Below are positions 47,801 through 56,327 of a stretch of 64,000 nt of DNA, piece after piece. The position numbers were made by a program, and so were the translations under genes. Under the pieces are notes generated by a model. That model saw only the letters and a program-made list of their open reading frames with translations. It did not search any database and was not told the origin of the DNA. Origin of the DNA: an uncultured Methanomassiliicoccales archaeon (lineage in GTDB: Archaea; Thermoplasmatota; Thermoplasmata; Methanomassiliicoccales; UBA472); the NCBI GenBank assembly GCA_963695345.1, contig OY968769.1, forward strand, positions 2,272,001-2,336,000, in the 5' to 3' direction. Each line of letters begins with the position of its first letter. The stretch's first letter is position 1.

Positions 47801-50704
47801 ATGGCGAGCGTCACGCTCGGGCACGTTTCACTTTCCTGGATCGCTCCGTCCTCCAATGGCGGCAGCCCCGTGACCTCATACAAGATATGCCGCGGAGCCG
47901 CCGCAGACCCGGAGACGCATGTGCAGGTCGGCACTGCCATCGCCCCGGCCTATGATGACTCCCAGATCATTGTGGGACAGACCTACTATTACTCCGTGAG
48001 GGCGGTCAACATCGTGGGCAGCTCGGTGTCTAGCAACGTCGTTTCCGTCCTGGCGAAGGGGCTCGCGAGTGCGCCGGTCGCGCTCATCACGCAGATATCC
48101 GACCGATCGGTGCTCCTTTCCTGGTCAGAACCGACCAGCGATGGATTCTCAGCAATAACCGGCTACAAGGTGTACCGGTCCATGACACCCGGTACGGGGA
48201 CGCTTGCCGCCACCGTAACCGGGTCGTCGTTCACTGACAACGGCCTGGTCAACGGCGAACTGTACTACTATAGGGTATCGGCAGTGAACGCCATGGGTGA
48301 AGGACCCCTCTCATCGGAGGTCTATGATTCCCCGGCGACCGTCCCGGCGGCCCCTGCTGTGGCGGAAGCTACTTTCTCGATCGGGAATGTGGATCTGACG
48401 TGGTCGTCCATGGACGATGGCGGAAGGACGATATCCTGGTTCTCGGTATACCGCGGGAGTTCTCCGGACTTCGCCTCGGCATCACTGATGGCCGAACCCA
48501 TCACCGGGAACGCCTATCAAGATCCCACCGCGGCCGTCGGTTCCACCTACTACTATTTCGTCACCGCCACAAGCTCCATGGGCACCTCCGGTCCCGGTTC
48601 ATCAGGGCCGTTGCTCATCTCCATCTATCCATCGGCACCGGTATCGGTGGCCGCCACGGTGCAGTCCGACCATATCCAGCTCAGCTGGTCCCCCCCTCCG
48701 TCATCCGGTTCCTCCTTGGTGTCCGGGTATTACGTCTATCGTGCCCTGAGCTCGGGAGGGGGGACGGTCATCGCCCACCTGGGCGATGTGATGGCATACA
48801 GCGATACCGCGGTCAGTCTGGGCCAGGTCTATTACTATTGCGTTAAGGCCGAGAACCAGAACGGCTCCGGCCCGCTCTCCGCGGAGGTGCATGCCATCTA
48901 CGCGCAGGTCCCCGGTTCACCCACCGAGCTGACCGTCGCCGGTGCCATCGGTAACGCCCGGTTGACTTGGTCCGCCCCGGCACAGAACGGCGCTCCCATT
49001 CTGGGCTACACCGTTCGCGCATGGACAACGGACAGCGCTCCGTCGGTCGTGGCACAGGCAGGGGCGGATTCGTCATCGGCACTCATCAGCGGCCTGATCA
49101 ACGGGGTCCAGTACTGGTTCACCGTAGCAGCCTCGAACCTTGCCGGCGAGGGGTCCCCCAGCTCCTCCGCGACCTGCTGGATAGGAACCGTTCCCAGCGC
49201 TCCGTCGGCAATATCCGCGTCCCAGGGCAACGGCACGATATCGATTTCATGGGCTCCGCCTACATCGAACGGCGGCATCGCCGGGCTGAACTACCAATTG
49301 TGGCGTTCATCAACGGGAGGCAGCACCCTGATCGCGTCATTGGACGGATCGGCAAGGACCTACGTCGATGGTTCGGTCATAGCCGGAACCGCCTACCACT
49401 ATTCGATGGCCGCATCGAACTCGATCGGGTCCAGCCCAATGTCGGTTCCGGTGGACGCGTACGCAGCTACGGTCCCAGGGGCGCCTTCCCTGGTCGTGGT
49501 CGAACCGGGCGTGTCATCCATCCTGGTGGTCTGGACGGTGCCGGAGGACGGCGGGTCCTCTCTGTCCGGATTCGCTGTCTATCGGTCCGCCGGGGCAGGG
49601 TGGCAGCTGCTCTCCACATTGTCTGACCCATCCACCACCGCTTATCGGGACCAGACCGTGGTCGGCGGAATATCATACCAATATCGGGTCGCGGCGATCA
49701 ACTCGGTGGGAGAGGGTTTCCAATCTAGTGGGTCCCCATATTTTTCCACCATATCAGTTCCATCGACATTCGGTATGGAAGCCTACGTGGGAGACTCAAA
49801 CGTCACGCTCGCATGGGATATGCCAAGCAGCCACGGAACACCTTTGCTCGGCTTCACCATCGTCCGGACCGAAATCGCGACCGGAACGGTAACCATGGCC
49901 AATGTCTCTTCGTCGGGATCCGTATTCACCGACAATGGCGTGATCCCGGGCAAGGAATACCTGTACCAGATCATCGCGTTCAATGCCGCGGGCTCTGTTT
50001 CGACCGGGCCGGTATCGGTTCGTTCGCTGCGCAACGTCACCATCGACATGCGGGTGGTTCCCTTCCAGAACAGCATTTCCGTATCGGGAGTGGTCGCTAA
50101 CCTTTCCGGCAATGGAATCGGCGGTCAGACGGTGACGATCTATCTAAGCACCAGCATGTCGGGGGATTGGACAGAAGTTGGGCGAACGACCACCACCGCC
50201 AGCGGCAAGTTCTCTTCACTGCTCAGTGCCAGTGCCGGAATAATCCGTCTGATGGCGGTGCTTTCGGATGACGGTACGCACGGGCCGATATCCATAGAAC
50301 AGACCGTAGGGTCCCTGAGATTGAGGAACGGGGACCTGGCCAGCATATCATCCAATTCGGTGGTCTCGGGAGCCATCAGCAGCAGCACGGAGGACCGGAT
50401 AACTTTCAGCCTCGAACAGACCGGTACGGCAAATGTCACCATTCCCAAGAACTCAGTGTCCAGTCTCGATATGATCGGGGTCACCATCGGAGGCAGGCAG
50501 GGAAGCTATCGGGTAACCGAGACCGATGACCAATATATTTTCACCTTATTCGATGTCGAGGCTGGCCAGATAATCTCTCTGAGCATTGGACAGGCATCTA
50601 CCGATGACAACATTCCGACAATGGCTGGTCTGGGGTTGCTTTTCGGAGCCTGCGCCTGCGCCTTCATATATTGGCGTGGCCGATCGAAAGAACGGAGACG
50701 ATGA
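44816..50704 (+). CDS. Papain-family (C1A) cysteine protease with 12 FN3 domains and C-terminal TM anchor
   Basis: NQGSQGSCAAWA, NHAQTIVGYDD, VVNSWG; beta-sandwich (QSGNVG..SFWWKTS..); 12 FN3 units; IPTM + TM + basic tail. Confidence 0.92.
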   Translation: MRRTYLSAHHLLIALVLLLPGLLLPFSIMPMASELSVEAGDTSVSVQTHLMTADEVALLQSVTGTFVNGTDYNVIIDGHGTGLAPPTASQYTDMVGNVQVTDLVLTSLMAPSSYDISTQAYFPVVGNQGSQGSCAAWAMAYYDYGYLEARDNNWTDASTGNTAHLMSPAWAYNRVNFGVDRGTFMDNVADVISDWGVASLMTMPYQQSDVRSWGTEAAAREAPLHRSSGVSYISYSSSNPSAAINNIKNLISANSPVTFAIDANVFSSSLADNIITANEYNTVSMNHAQTIVGYDDSRSDGVHSDLGAFKVVNSWGKNWGNGGYYWISYDAMKKIGNNLYLTYITDQPSYQPSLLAIIEFNNAPTREASITVGVGTVGGSDKIIPYFEKNYDSSVTAAFPSFLAIDMTELLAKYQSGKTSFYLTMGSSTTAGNVSSFRIEQYQNGYSCAATQVSGQSPDVPKVNPGSVSVTLTPYAIIAPETALDNSGLSMTGSGNAQWSPVTRDSHYGGSAMQSGNVGNGAKSTLQTTVLGPSAISFWWKTSTETTDLVRFYVDSVNRANASGATAWSEVSMEIASGTHVLKWEYVKDASIAGNQDLVLLDQIVATSGSTVPTAPAGLSATVGSSIQLNWSTPSSNGGSTITSYNLYRGTSSGTETLLTSVPASSLTYTDGSAAVNQTYFYQVTARNSVGESSRSNEASAKIPISVPSAPASMAAVAGASFIDLSWSSNGISLTGFHLYRGTVSNGESLFQTLPLSARSFRDSNITPGTVYFYRVDAFNDLVSSAYSNEASARIPSVPNAPTALAGTGSTSGIYLTWAAPTDNGGSALLGYRIYRGTVAGGESTSPIVSQVSTSYTDLSALSGIRYYYVVKAYNAIGDSAVSNEATAMVPTLPGAPTTLSATVAGAYIHLSWTLPVDNGGATIDRYNIYRGIYPGAESAIALGTSSVTSYDDASAVLGTQYYYVVRAHNQVGESAPSNEASSRIINAPDAPSSLMASVTLGHVSLSWIAPSSNGGSPVTSYKICRGAAADPETHVQVGTAIAPAYDDSQIIVGQTYYYSVRAVNIVGSSVSSNVVSVLAKGLASAPVALITQISDRSVLLSWSEPTSDGFSAITGYKVYRSMTPGTGTLAATVTGSSFTDNGLVNGELYYYRVSAVNAMGEGPLSSEVYDSPATVPAAPAVAEATFSIGNVDLTWSSMDDGGRTISWFSVYRGSSPDFASASLMAEPITGNAYQDPTAAVGSTYYYFVTATSSMGTSGPGSSGPLLISIYPSAPVSVAATVQSDHIQLSWSPPPSSGSSLVSGYYVYRALSSGGGTVIAHLGDVMAYSDTAVSLGQVYYYCVKAENQNGSGPLSAEVHAIYAQVPGSPTELTVAGAIGNARLTWSAPAQNGAPILGYTVRAWTTDSAPSVVAQAGADSSSALISGLINGVQYWFTVAASNLAGEGSPSSSATCWIGTVPSAPSAISASQGNGTISISWAPPTSNGGIAGLNYQLWRSSTGGSTLIASLDGSARTYVDGSVIAGTAYHYSMAASNSIGSSPMSVPVDAYAATVPGAPSLVVVEPGVSSILVVWTVPEDGGSSLSGFAVYRSAGAGWQLLSTLSDPSTTAYRDQTVVGGISYQYRVAAINSVGEGFQSSGSPYFSTISVPSTFGMEAYVGDSNVTLAWDMPSSHGTPLLGFTIVRTEIATGTVTMANVSSSGSVFTDNGVIPGKEYLYQIIAFNAAGSVSTGPVSVRSLRNVTIDMRVVPFQNSISVSGVVANLSGNGIGGQTVTIYLSTSMSGDWTEVGRTTTTASGKFSSLLSASAGIIRLMAVLSDDGTHGPISIEQTVGSLRLRNGDLASISSNSVVSGAISSSTEDRITFSLEQTGTANVTIPKNSVSSLDMIGVTIGGRQGSYRVTETDDQYIFTLFDVEAGQIISLSIGQASTDDNIPTMAGLGLLFGACACAFIYWRGRSKERRR

Positions 50705-50858
50705 TCTGGATCCGGTCGTTCTCGTGCATCGATGCGCAGGTCAATGAAATGTGACCACGACGGTCCAGTAGATAAGCCGTTCCGTGGGGCTCCTCTCTAA
50801 TCAGCCGTGATCTAGGAAATGAATCGTTCTCCTTGATCCTCATAGTCTTACCTGCTCG

Positions 50859-50889
50859 TCATTCTGACCTCATTCTGATTTCATTTTGA
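50859..50889. repeat. Three direct repeats TCATT(C/T)TGA at 11-bp spacing
   Basis: TCATTCTGA at 50859, TCATTCTGA at 50870, TCATTTTGA at 50881. Confidence 0.7.
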
Positions 50890-50999
50890 ACTATTCCGCA
50901 GGCAAATTTCAGTTTTGAAAATGAACGACGTGAGAATTCAGGCTCAACACTACCCAGACACTCCAAACAAAGGTTTGAGTTAAGTTTTATCGGGCATTA

Positions 51000-51330
51000 T
51001 TTCCCTATTCATAATTCAATAAAAATCTATTTCAAATAAAAATATCATCAGAAATTTTATATAAATATTATATGCTGGGCATCATTTGATGAAGTCGTTA
51101 CTTCAAGACAATGACTGAAAATGTTACCTAAAAAAATTACAATTATTAATAGTATATTTAATCCAGTCAAAATCTATTAACTATTTGACTCACACATTTA
51201 ATATGAATAATATTCTTACTAATATTGTATAATAGCGATGCCAGTAATAATTTTCATTAATTGTAATAATTCAAAAATTGGAGCTACAATAATTACTCTG
51301 CGTTAACTAAACTATATATATCTTTTTCCT
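51000..51330 (+). promoter_or_regulatory. Very AT-rich promoter region with TATA-like box (CTATATATA at 51312-51320) upstream of the Ig-repeat gene
   Basis: Sharp drop in GC; TATA-like box about 100 nt before ATG 51423; strong GGAGG SD. Confidence 0.5.
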
Positions 51331-51422
51331 CAATTGTTTGTATGTGAAAATAGCCCGGAGACAAGCCGCCTACTGAGTCATGAAGGGCTCGTCTTTGGAA
51401 CTTTAAGGGGAGGAGGGGTAAA

Positions 51423-53699
51423 ATGAATAGATCTGGAGCTCTCAAGCTCACCGCAATACTGCTAGTGCTGGTCCTATGTATATCGACCATCGGCATAGGA
51501 CTACAATTGGCCTCTAAGGGCACATCCTCGGTAGGGTCGGTCGATGCCTCGACCAATCCGATCGGACAACAGCCCTTGAACACGGGAGAAGGGTCGCCGA
51601 ACTCCGGACTAAGTTCCGGAACTTCAAACGGCTCAAACTTGCTTGCCGACAACTTTTTCGGCGGCGATTCCTTACAATATTTCTTGACTGGTAACTATGG
51701 CTACCGGGCACTCTATGCAAGCGATTGCACCAACCTGCGTATCTCAACCTGCACCAGGACGGTCCTGAGCGCGGATTCGATCACCTATGGCATGTCCATC
51801 ACGGACGTCGCAACGGTGACCGCTTCCTGGGGAAGCGTTGTGCCTACTGGAACGGTCGACTTCCAGGTGAAGATCGGAGAGAGCGGCGCCTGGAACACCT
51901 ACGTCGGAGGGAATGATATTCCTCTGGTGGATGGTTCGGCGGTCTCGGGAGCCTATACGCCAGCAACATCCGGCACCTATTACTTCCGGGCCGTATATAG
52001 CGGCGATAGCAACTTCTACTGTTCCCAGAGCAGGGACGGCGCGGAGAAGCTGACCGTCTCGCCAGCCTCGACGACCATAACCACCATCATCGGCGCATCC
52101 GAGATCAGCCTAGGCAGGTCAGTTACCGACAACGCCACAGTGACCGGTCTTGGATCGAACTACCCGGTCCCGACCGGAACGGCAACCTTCATGGTCAAGG
52201 CGCCCGGCGGAACATACGTCCAGTACGGTGAGATCAAGACCCTCGACTGCAACGGAAAGGCGGTCTCGGACATGTACCTCCCGCTAATGGCTGGAACGTA
52301 TCAATTCAAGGCAGTCTATGCCCCGGCCGCCAACAACATCCTCTACTCAGCTTGCTCGGAAGAGAACGAGCAGTTGACCGTTGTCAAGGCCTGCTCCGGC
52401 ACGACCACGGTCCTGTCCTCTGAAAGCATCGCAATGGGATCGTCGATCACCGATACGGCGATCGTGACCGGCGTCGACACGATATGTGACCCGACCGGCA
52501 CCGTGACCTTCATGGTCAAGGTCCCGGGCACGGCGGACTTCGTGAAATACGGCGATGTCAAGACACTCGATGCGAGCGGACAGGCGGTGTCGGATGCATA
52601 CACGCCCCTTGAGGCCGGAACGTTCTACTTCAAGGCGGTATACGGCGGCGACTGTAACTACCTGATGTCGGCCGACGGGGATTGCGCTGAGCCCTTGGAA
52701 GTCATCCAGTGTCAATCCAGCACCACCACCACCGAGCTCGGTGTCAGGTGCATAACCCTCGGACAGTCCGTATTCGATAACGCGACCGTTACCGGCCTGG
52801 GCGGGAATTTCCCGACCCCGACCGGATCCGTGACCTTCTGGGTCTCAGCTGACAATGGAGCTAGCTGGACCCAGTACGGGTGCGCGGTTGAGCTGTGCGC
52901 AGGATCGGCAACATCCTCGGAATCCTACACCCCGCTCGCCACCGGCCTCTATTTGTTCAAGGCCATATACAGCGGCGACGACAACCTCCTCGGGTCCGAG
53001 AGCGCCATCTGCGACGAGCAGCTGACCGTGAACCCCTCCGCGTCGACCACTCACACGGAACTAGGCGCGGTGCAGATAAGCCTGGGACAGTCAGTCTCCG
53101 ACAATGCCACGGTCCAGGGCCTGGGCGGGGATTTCCCGACCCCGACCGGAACGGTCGATTTCCAGGTAAGGTACAATTGCGGCAGCTGGAGCACCTTCGA
53201 CGCGGGCGTTGAACTGGTCGATGGAACGGCGACCTCGAAGATGTATAAACCGACGATCGCCGGCGACTACGAATTCCGGGCCGTCTACAGCGGTGACAAC
53301 AACTACCAGGTCTCGGGCAGCGCAGTTTGCGAAGAGCCATTGAAGGTCCTGAAGGCCGCGACGAAGACCCACACATGCCTCGGGACCGACTCAATTGTAC
53401 TCGGCCAGTCGGTCAGGGACAACGCCACGGTCATCGGCGTAGCGGGATCACCGGCGCCATCCGGCACCGTGAGCTTCTATGTCAGTGCCGACGGCGGACA
53501 ATCCTGGACCATGGTCGGAAGCGGACCGGTATCGCTGAACAACGGCAGGGCCCAGTCGGAATGGTACATGCCGCTCGAAGCTGGGGACTATCTCTTCAAG
53601 GCGGTCTACAGCGGAGACAGCAACTATCTGCCCTCGGAGAGCAGACTCTGCTCTGAGCCCCTGCATGTCGAAGGGACTCCAACCGAGATACCGAATTGA
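51423..53699 (+). CDS. Exported Cys-rich protein with six ~108-aa bacterial Ig-like (group 3) repeats
   Basis: N-terminal hydrophobic helix; six units T.T.L....I.LG.SV.D.ATV.G...PTG.V.F...A.S..Y.P..AG.Y.F.AVYSGD.N. Confidence 0.88.
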   Translation: MNRSGALKLTAILLVLVLCISTIGIGLQLASKGTSSVGSVDASTNPIGQQPLNTGEGSPNSGLSSGTSNGSNLLADNFFGGDSLQYFLTGNYGYRALYASDCTNLRISTCTRTVLSADSITYGMSITDVATVTASWGSVVPTGTVDFQVKIGESGAWNTYVGGNDIPLVDGSAVSGAYTPATSGTYYFRAVYSGDSNFYCSQSRDGAEKLTVSPASTTITTIIGASEISLGRSVTDNATVTGLGSNYPVPTGTATFMVKAPGGTYVQYGEIKTLDCNGKAVSDMYLPLMAGTYQFKAVYAPAANNILYSACSEENEQLTVVKACSGTTTVLSSESIAMGSSITDTAIVTGVDTICDPTGTVTFMVKVPGTADFVKYGDVKTLDASGQAVSDAYTPLEAGTFYFKAVYGGDCNYLMSADGDCAEPLEVIQCQSSTTTTELGVRCITLGQSVFDNATVTGLGGNFPTPTGSVTFWVSADNGASWTQYGCAVELCAGSATSSESYTPLATGLYLFKAIYSGDDNLLGSESAICDEQLTVNPSASTTHTELGAVQISLGQSVSDNATVQGLGGDFPTPTGTVDFQVRYNCGSWSTFDAGVELVDGTATSKMYKPTIAGDYEFRAVYSGDNNYQVSGSAVCEEPLKVLKAATKTHTCLGTDSIVLGQSVRDNATVIGVAGSPAPSGTVSFYVSADGGQSWTMVGSGPVSLNNGRAQSEWYMPLEAGDYLFKAVYSGDSNYLPSESRLCSEPLHVEGTPTEIPN

Positions 53700-53719
53700 G
53701 TGATCGGGAAAACACCAAC

Positions 53720-53753
53720 GGGGAGGCGACTCCCCCCTTTCTCCCCTATTTTT
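53720..53753 (+). terminator. Hairpin terminator
   Basis: GGGGAG-GCGA-CTCCCC followed by a pyrimidine/T-rich tract, just after stop 53699. Confidence 0.7.
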
Positions 53754-53902
53754 ATCCAGGATATCTGTGTTCTGAAACGATCTGTTGTCATGGACGGTCA
53801 CCGGCGATCGGCACCCTCCAAGATCAATTGACACTCCCAGGAAGACCTGAAGCAACCTGAAAGTATTATCACTAGGTACGCTCCTAAACGTCGCGGAAAT
53901 CC

Positions 53903-54661
53903 ATGACCGCAGGAAGCCCGACCCTGAACGAAAACGACAGGACCCGTTACCTCAGGCAGATCGCGATGGAGGGCTTCGGGGAGGATGGGCAAAAAGAGCT
54001 GAAGAAGGCGACGGTCACGGTCATGGGCGTAGGAGGCCTGGGATCGCCAGTCTCCATGTACCTGGCGGCCGCCGGTGTGGGGAAGATCATACTGGTCGAT
54101 TACCAGTCCCCGGACCTTTCCAATCTCAACCGGCAGGTACTGCATTGGGAGAAGGACGTCGAGAATGGAACGGGGAAGGCGATCTCGGCCGCCAACAAGC
54201 TACGCCAGATGAACTCGGATATCGAGATCGTACCCAAGGCGGTGAAGATCGGCGCCGAGGAGCTGGGCGACGTGGTGGAGGACAGCTCGGTCATCTTGGA
54301 CTGCCTGGACAACTTCCAGGCCAGGAAGATACTGAACGTCCATTGCTCCAAGGAACGGGTGCCGTTCGTCCATGCCGCCGTTGAAGGCTTCTCTGGGCAG
54401 CTGACCGTTATCATACCCGGCCGCACTCCATGCCTGGAGTGTCTGTTCCCCACACCTCCCGTGAAGAAACCGATGATACCGATCATAGGATGCACCGCCG
54501 GCGTCTTTGGCAGCCTGGAAGCGGCCGAGGCGGTCAAACTGATAACGGGTGTGGGTGTACCCTTGGCCGGGAAATTGCTCGTGGGCGACATCTCCGTGAA
54601 CTATTGGGAGACCATCGAAGTCAACCGTGTCGGACACTGTCCAGTTTGCCATGGTCTTTGA
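53903..54661 (+). CDS. ThiF/MoeB/HesA family E1-like adenylyltransferase (UbaA-like)
   Basis: RYLRQI..GQKELK..GVGGLGS..GVG.I.LVD..LSNLNRQ..DCLDN..PCLEC..CPVC. Confidence 0.93.
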   Translation: MTAGSPTLNENDRTRYLRQIAMEGFGEDGQKELKKATVTVMGVGGLGSPVSMYLAAAGVGKIILVDYQSPDLSNLNRQVLHWEKDVENGTGKAISAANKLRQMNSDIEIVPKAVKIGAEELGDVVEDSSVILDCLDNFQARKILNVHCSKERVPFVHAAVEGFSGQLTVIIPGRTPCLECLFPTPPVKKPMIPIIGCTAGVFGSLEAAEAVKLITGVGVPLAGKLLVGDISVNYWETIEVNRVGHCPVCHGL

Positions 54662-54734
54662 GTTAGTGTCATTGTAGTCGGGAAATGGAACTAGTCCCCT
54701 CGCGTTCATTCCATTATCATAAAGGTGAAAAGCA

Positions 54735-54923
54735 ATGGACCTTGAGACATCGTTGGACCGGATGTGCGCGGGCGTTGAGGAGCTGAATTTCAGGATGGCG
54801 CGGATCGAGATCGCGCTGCGAAAACAGAATCTCAGAATAAGGTTGAGCGAGCCGACGATCGTCATCAGGGACGTGTCATCGGCTTCGCTCGGACAGGGGA
54901 CCCAGGGCCGGTCACTTGCTTGA
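54735..54923 (+). CDS. Small putative coiled-coil protein (62 aa)
   Basis: AGGTGA SD upstream; heptad-like LDRMCAGVEELNFRMARIEIALRK; 3' end overlaps the PadR gene by 12 nt. Confidence 0.45.
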   Translation: MDLETSLDRMCAGVEELNFRMARIEIALRKQNLRIRLSEPTIVIRDVSSASLGQGTQGRSLA

Positions 54924-55337
54924 CGGCTTTTCCTCCGCCATGGTGATGGGGGGTTTGTAGTTCAGCAGGATGGTGAGATGCTCGAGAACGATGTTGGCAT
55001 GGTTTATGGCCGCGTCGAGCACCATCCTTCCTGCCGGTGTTATGTCGTATATCCTCTTTCTCCCATCAATGGCCGAGGTGATCAATCCATTCTTCACAAG
55101 CGCCTGCAGTGCTGGATAAATGGACCCAGGGGACGGTCTCCAATCCTCGGAGGTGATCCGTTCGATCTCCTTGATGAGGGCGTAACCGTGGATAGGCCTT
55201 TCGGCCACCAATCTCAATATGGCCAGCTTGAGGAACCCGGTCTTGAATCCAAACTTGTGGAAGGATTTCCGTATGTGGACTGCCTCCGGGATGTCTGGAA
55301 AGAGCGTTGGCCCCCCTTCGATCGGTCCGTCGTCCAT
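54912..55337 (-). CDS. PadR family transcriptional regulator
   Basis: GFLKLAILRLVAERPIHGYALIKEI..PSPGSIYPALQAL..G..RKRIYDITPAG. Confidence 0.93.
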   Translation of the reverse strand: MDDGPIEGGPTLFPDIPEAVHIRKSFHKFGFKTGFLKLAILRLVAERPIHGYALIKEIERITSEDWRPSPGSIYPALQALVKNGLITSAIDGRKRIYDITPAGRMVLDAAINHANIVLEHLTILLNYKPPITMAEEKPSSK

Positions 55338-55346
55338 TATATCAGA

Positions 55347-56072
55347 TCACAGGAAGTAGAACCTGGTCCCGTACTTGACGCTGATATTGGCGACCTTCTC
55401 CAACCGGTCCAGAACGCCCGAGTAACGCCTGACCATCATCTTGCTCTCCAGCGGCAGTTTCTCGCGCAGCACCTTGATCTCCTCCAGCATCCTGACGGCG
55501 TCCTCTTTGGTGAAGAGGGTCTTGGTCTTGACCGCGGCGGGAACGCCGGCAATGATGGCGCATCCGTACTTGGCGGCGATCTCGGGCAAAGCGGAGTTGT
55601 CCGGACCGAAGGTCCCTATGCAGCCCCTCCCCTCATCCCAGGAAACAGAGCATTTCTTGCATGCCTCGCCCATCTCATCGAAGGTGAGCATGTCCCACTT
55701 GGTGAGCCGGTTGTCCGGGTCGGCCAGGTCCAGCAGCTTCTTCTGAGTGTCGGCCGATGCGTTGTCCACCGCGATCCAGCCAGTGTATTGTTTGTTCGCC
55801 AGGGGTGCCAACTTCTGCTTGTCGGCATCGTTCTTGACCTTCTCCAGATAGATGTTCTCTGCCTCAGCGTCCACGCGGTTGCGCTTGGCGAACGCTTCGA
55901 ACTCGGAACCAAAAGCGGTCTTGGCCGCGGCAACGGGGACCATCAGGTCGAATTCAGCGCAGGACTCGAATCCGGTCACATCCTTGAGGTTGACCTTCAG
56001 GATCGAGGTCTTGGCGTTCTTGCACGTTGACGCATCGGTATCCAATTCACAGATTGCTATGCTAACTCCCAT
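55347..56072 (-). CDS. Hypothetical protein with Cys cluster (CKKC..C), probably co-transcribed with the PadR gene
   Basis: Clean ORF with strongly biased codon usage; GGAAGGGA SD-like sequence; ACKKCSVSWDEGRGCIGTFGP. Confidence 0.8.
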   Translation of the reverse strand: MGVSIAICELDTDASTCKNAKTSILKVNLKDVTGFESCAEFDLMVPVAAAKTAFGSEFEAFAKRNRVDAEAENIYLEKVKNDADKQKLAPLANKQYTGWIAVDNASADTQKKLLDLADPDNRLTKWDMLTFDEMGEACKKCSVSWDEGRGCIGTFGPDNSALPEIAAKYGCAIIAGVPAAVKTKTLFTKEDAVRMLEEIKVLREKLPLESKMMVRRYSGVLDRLEKVANISVKYGTRFYFL

Positions 56073-56327
56073 TCTTTCCCTTCCTGAGACTGAGTTACAG
56101 GACGGGGATTATTTAATCCCTTTTCTTGTCTCTGAAAATATTCACGATGGAATCACAGGGAGCAGACTGGATTGGTCGGCGGACGCGTTCCAAGTGAGCA
56201 AAATCGAACCTCCGGAAACGGACCGTTTTTCCTGGGCCAGACCGACACAACGGCCCACAGGGCGATCAAAAAGGTGATTGGGCATCGAAGGACCTACCTT
56301 TGTCCTCGGAACGCCACTTTCCGCACC

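Noticed and set aside
50950-51330. AT-rich tract as a replication origin
   Set aside because: No recognisable ORB boxes with G-strings and no orc1/cdc6 nearby; similar AT-rich zones precede other surface-protein genes
53903-54923. E1-like enzyme plus small ORF as a ubiquitin-like (SAMP) or defence operon
   Set aside because: The 62-aa ORF has no beta-grasp pattern or C-terminal GG, and no E2 or JAB gene is adjacent
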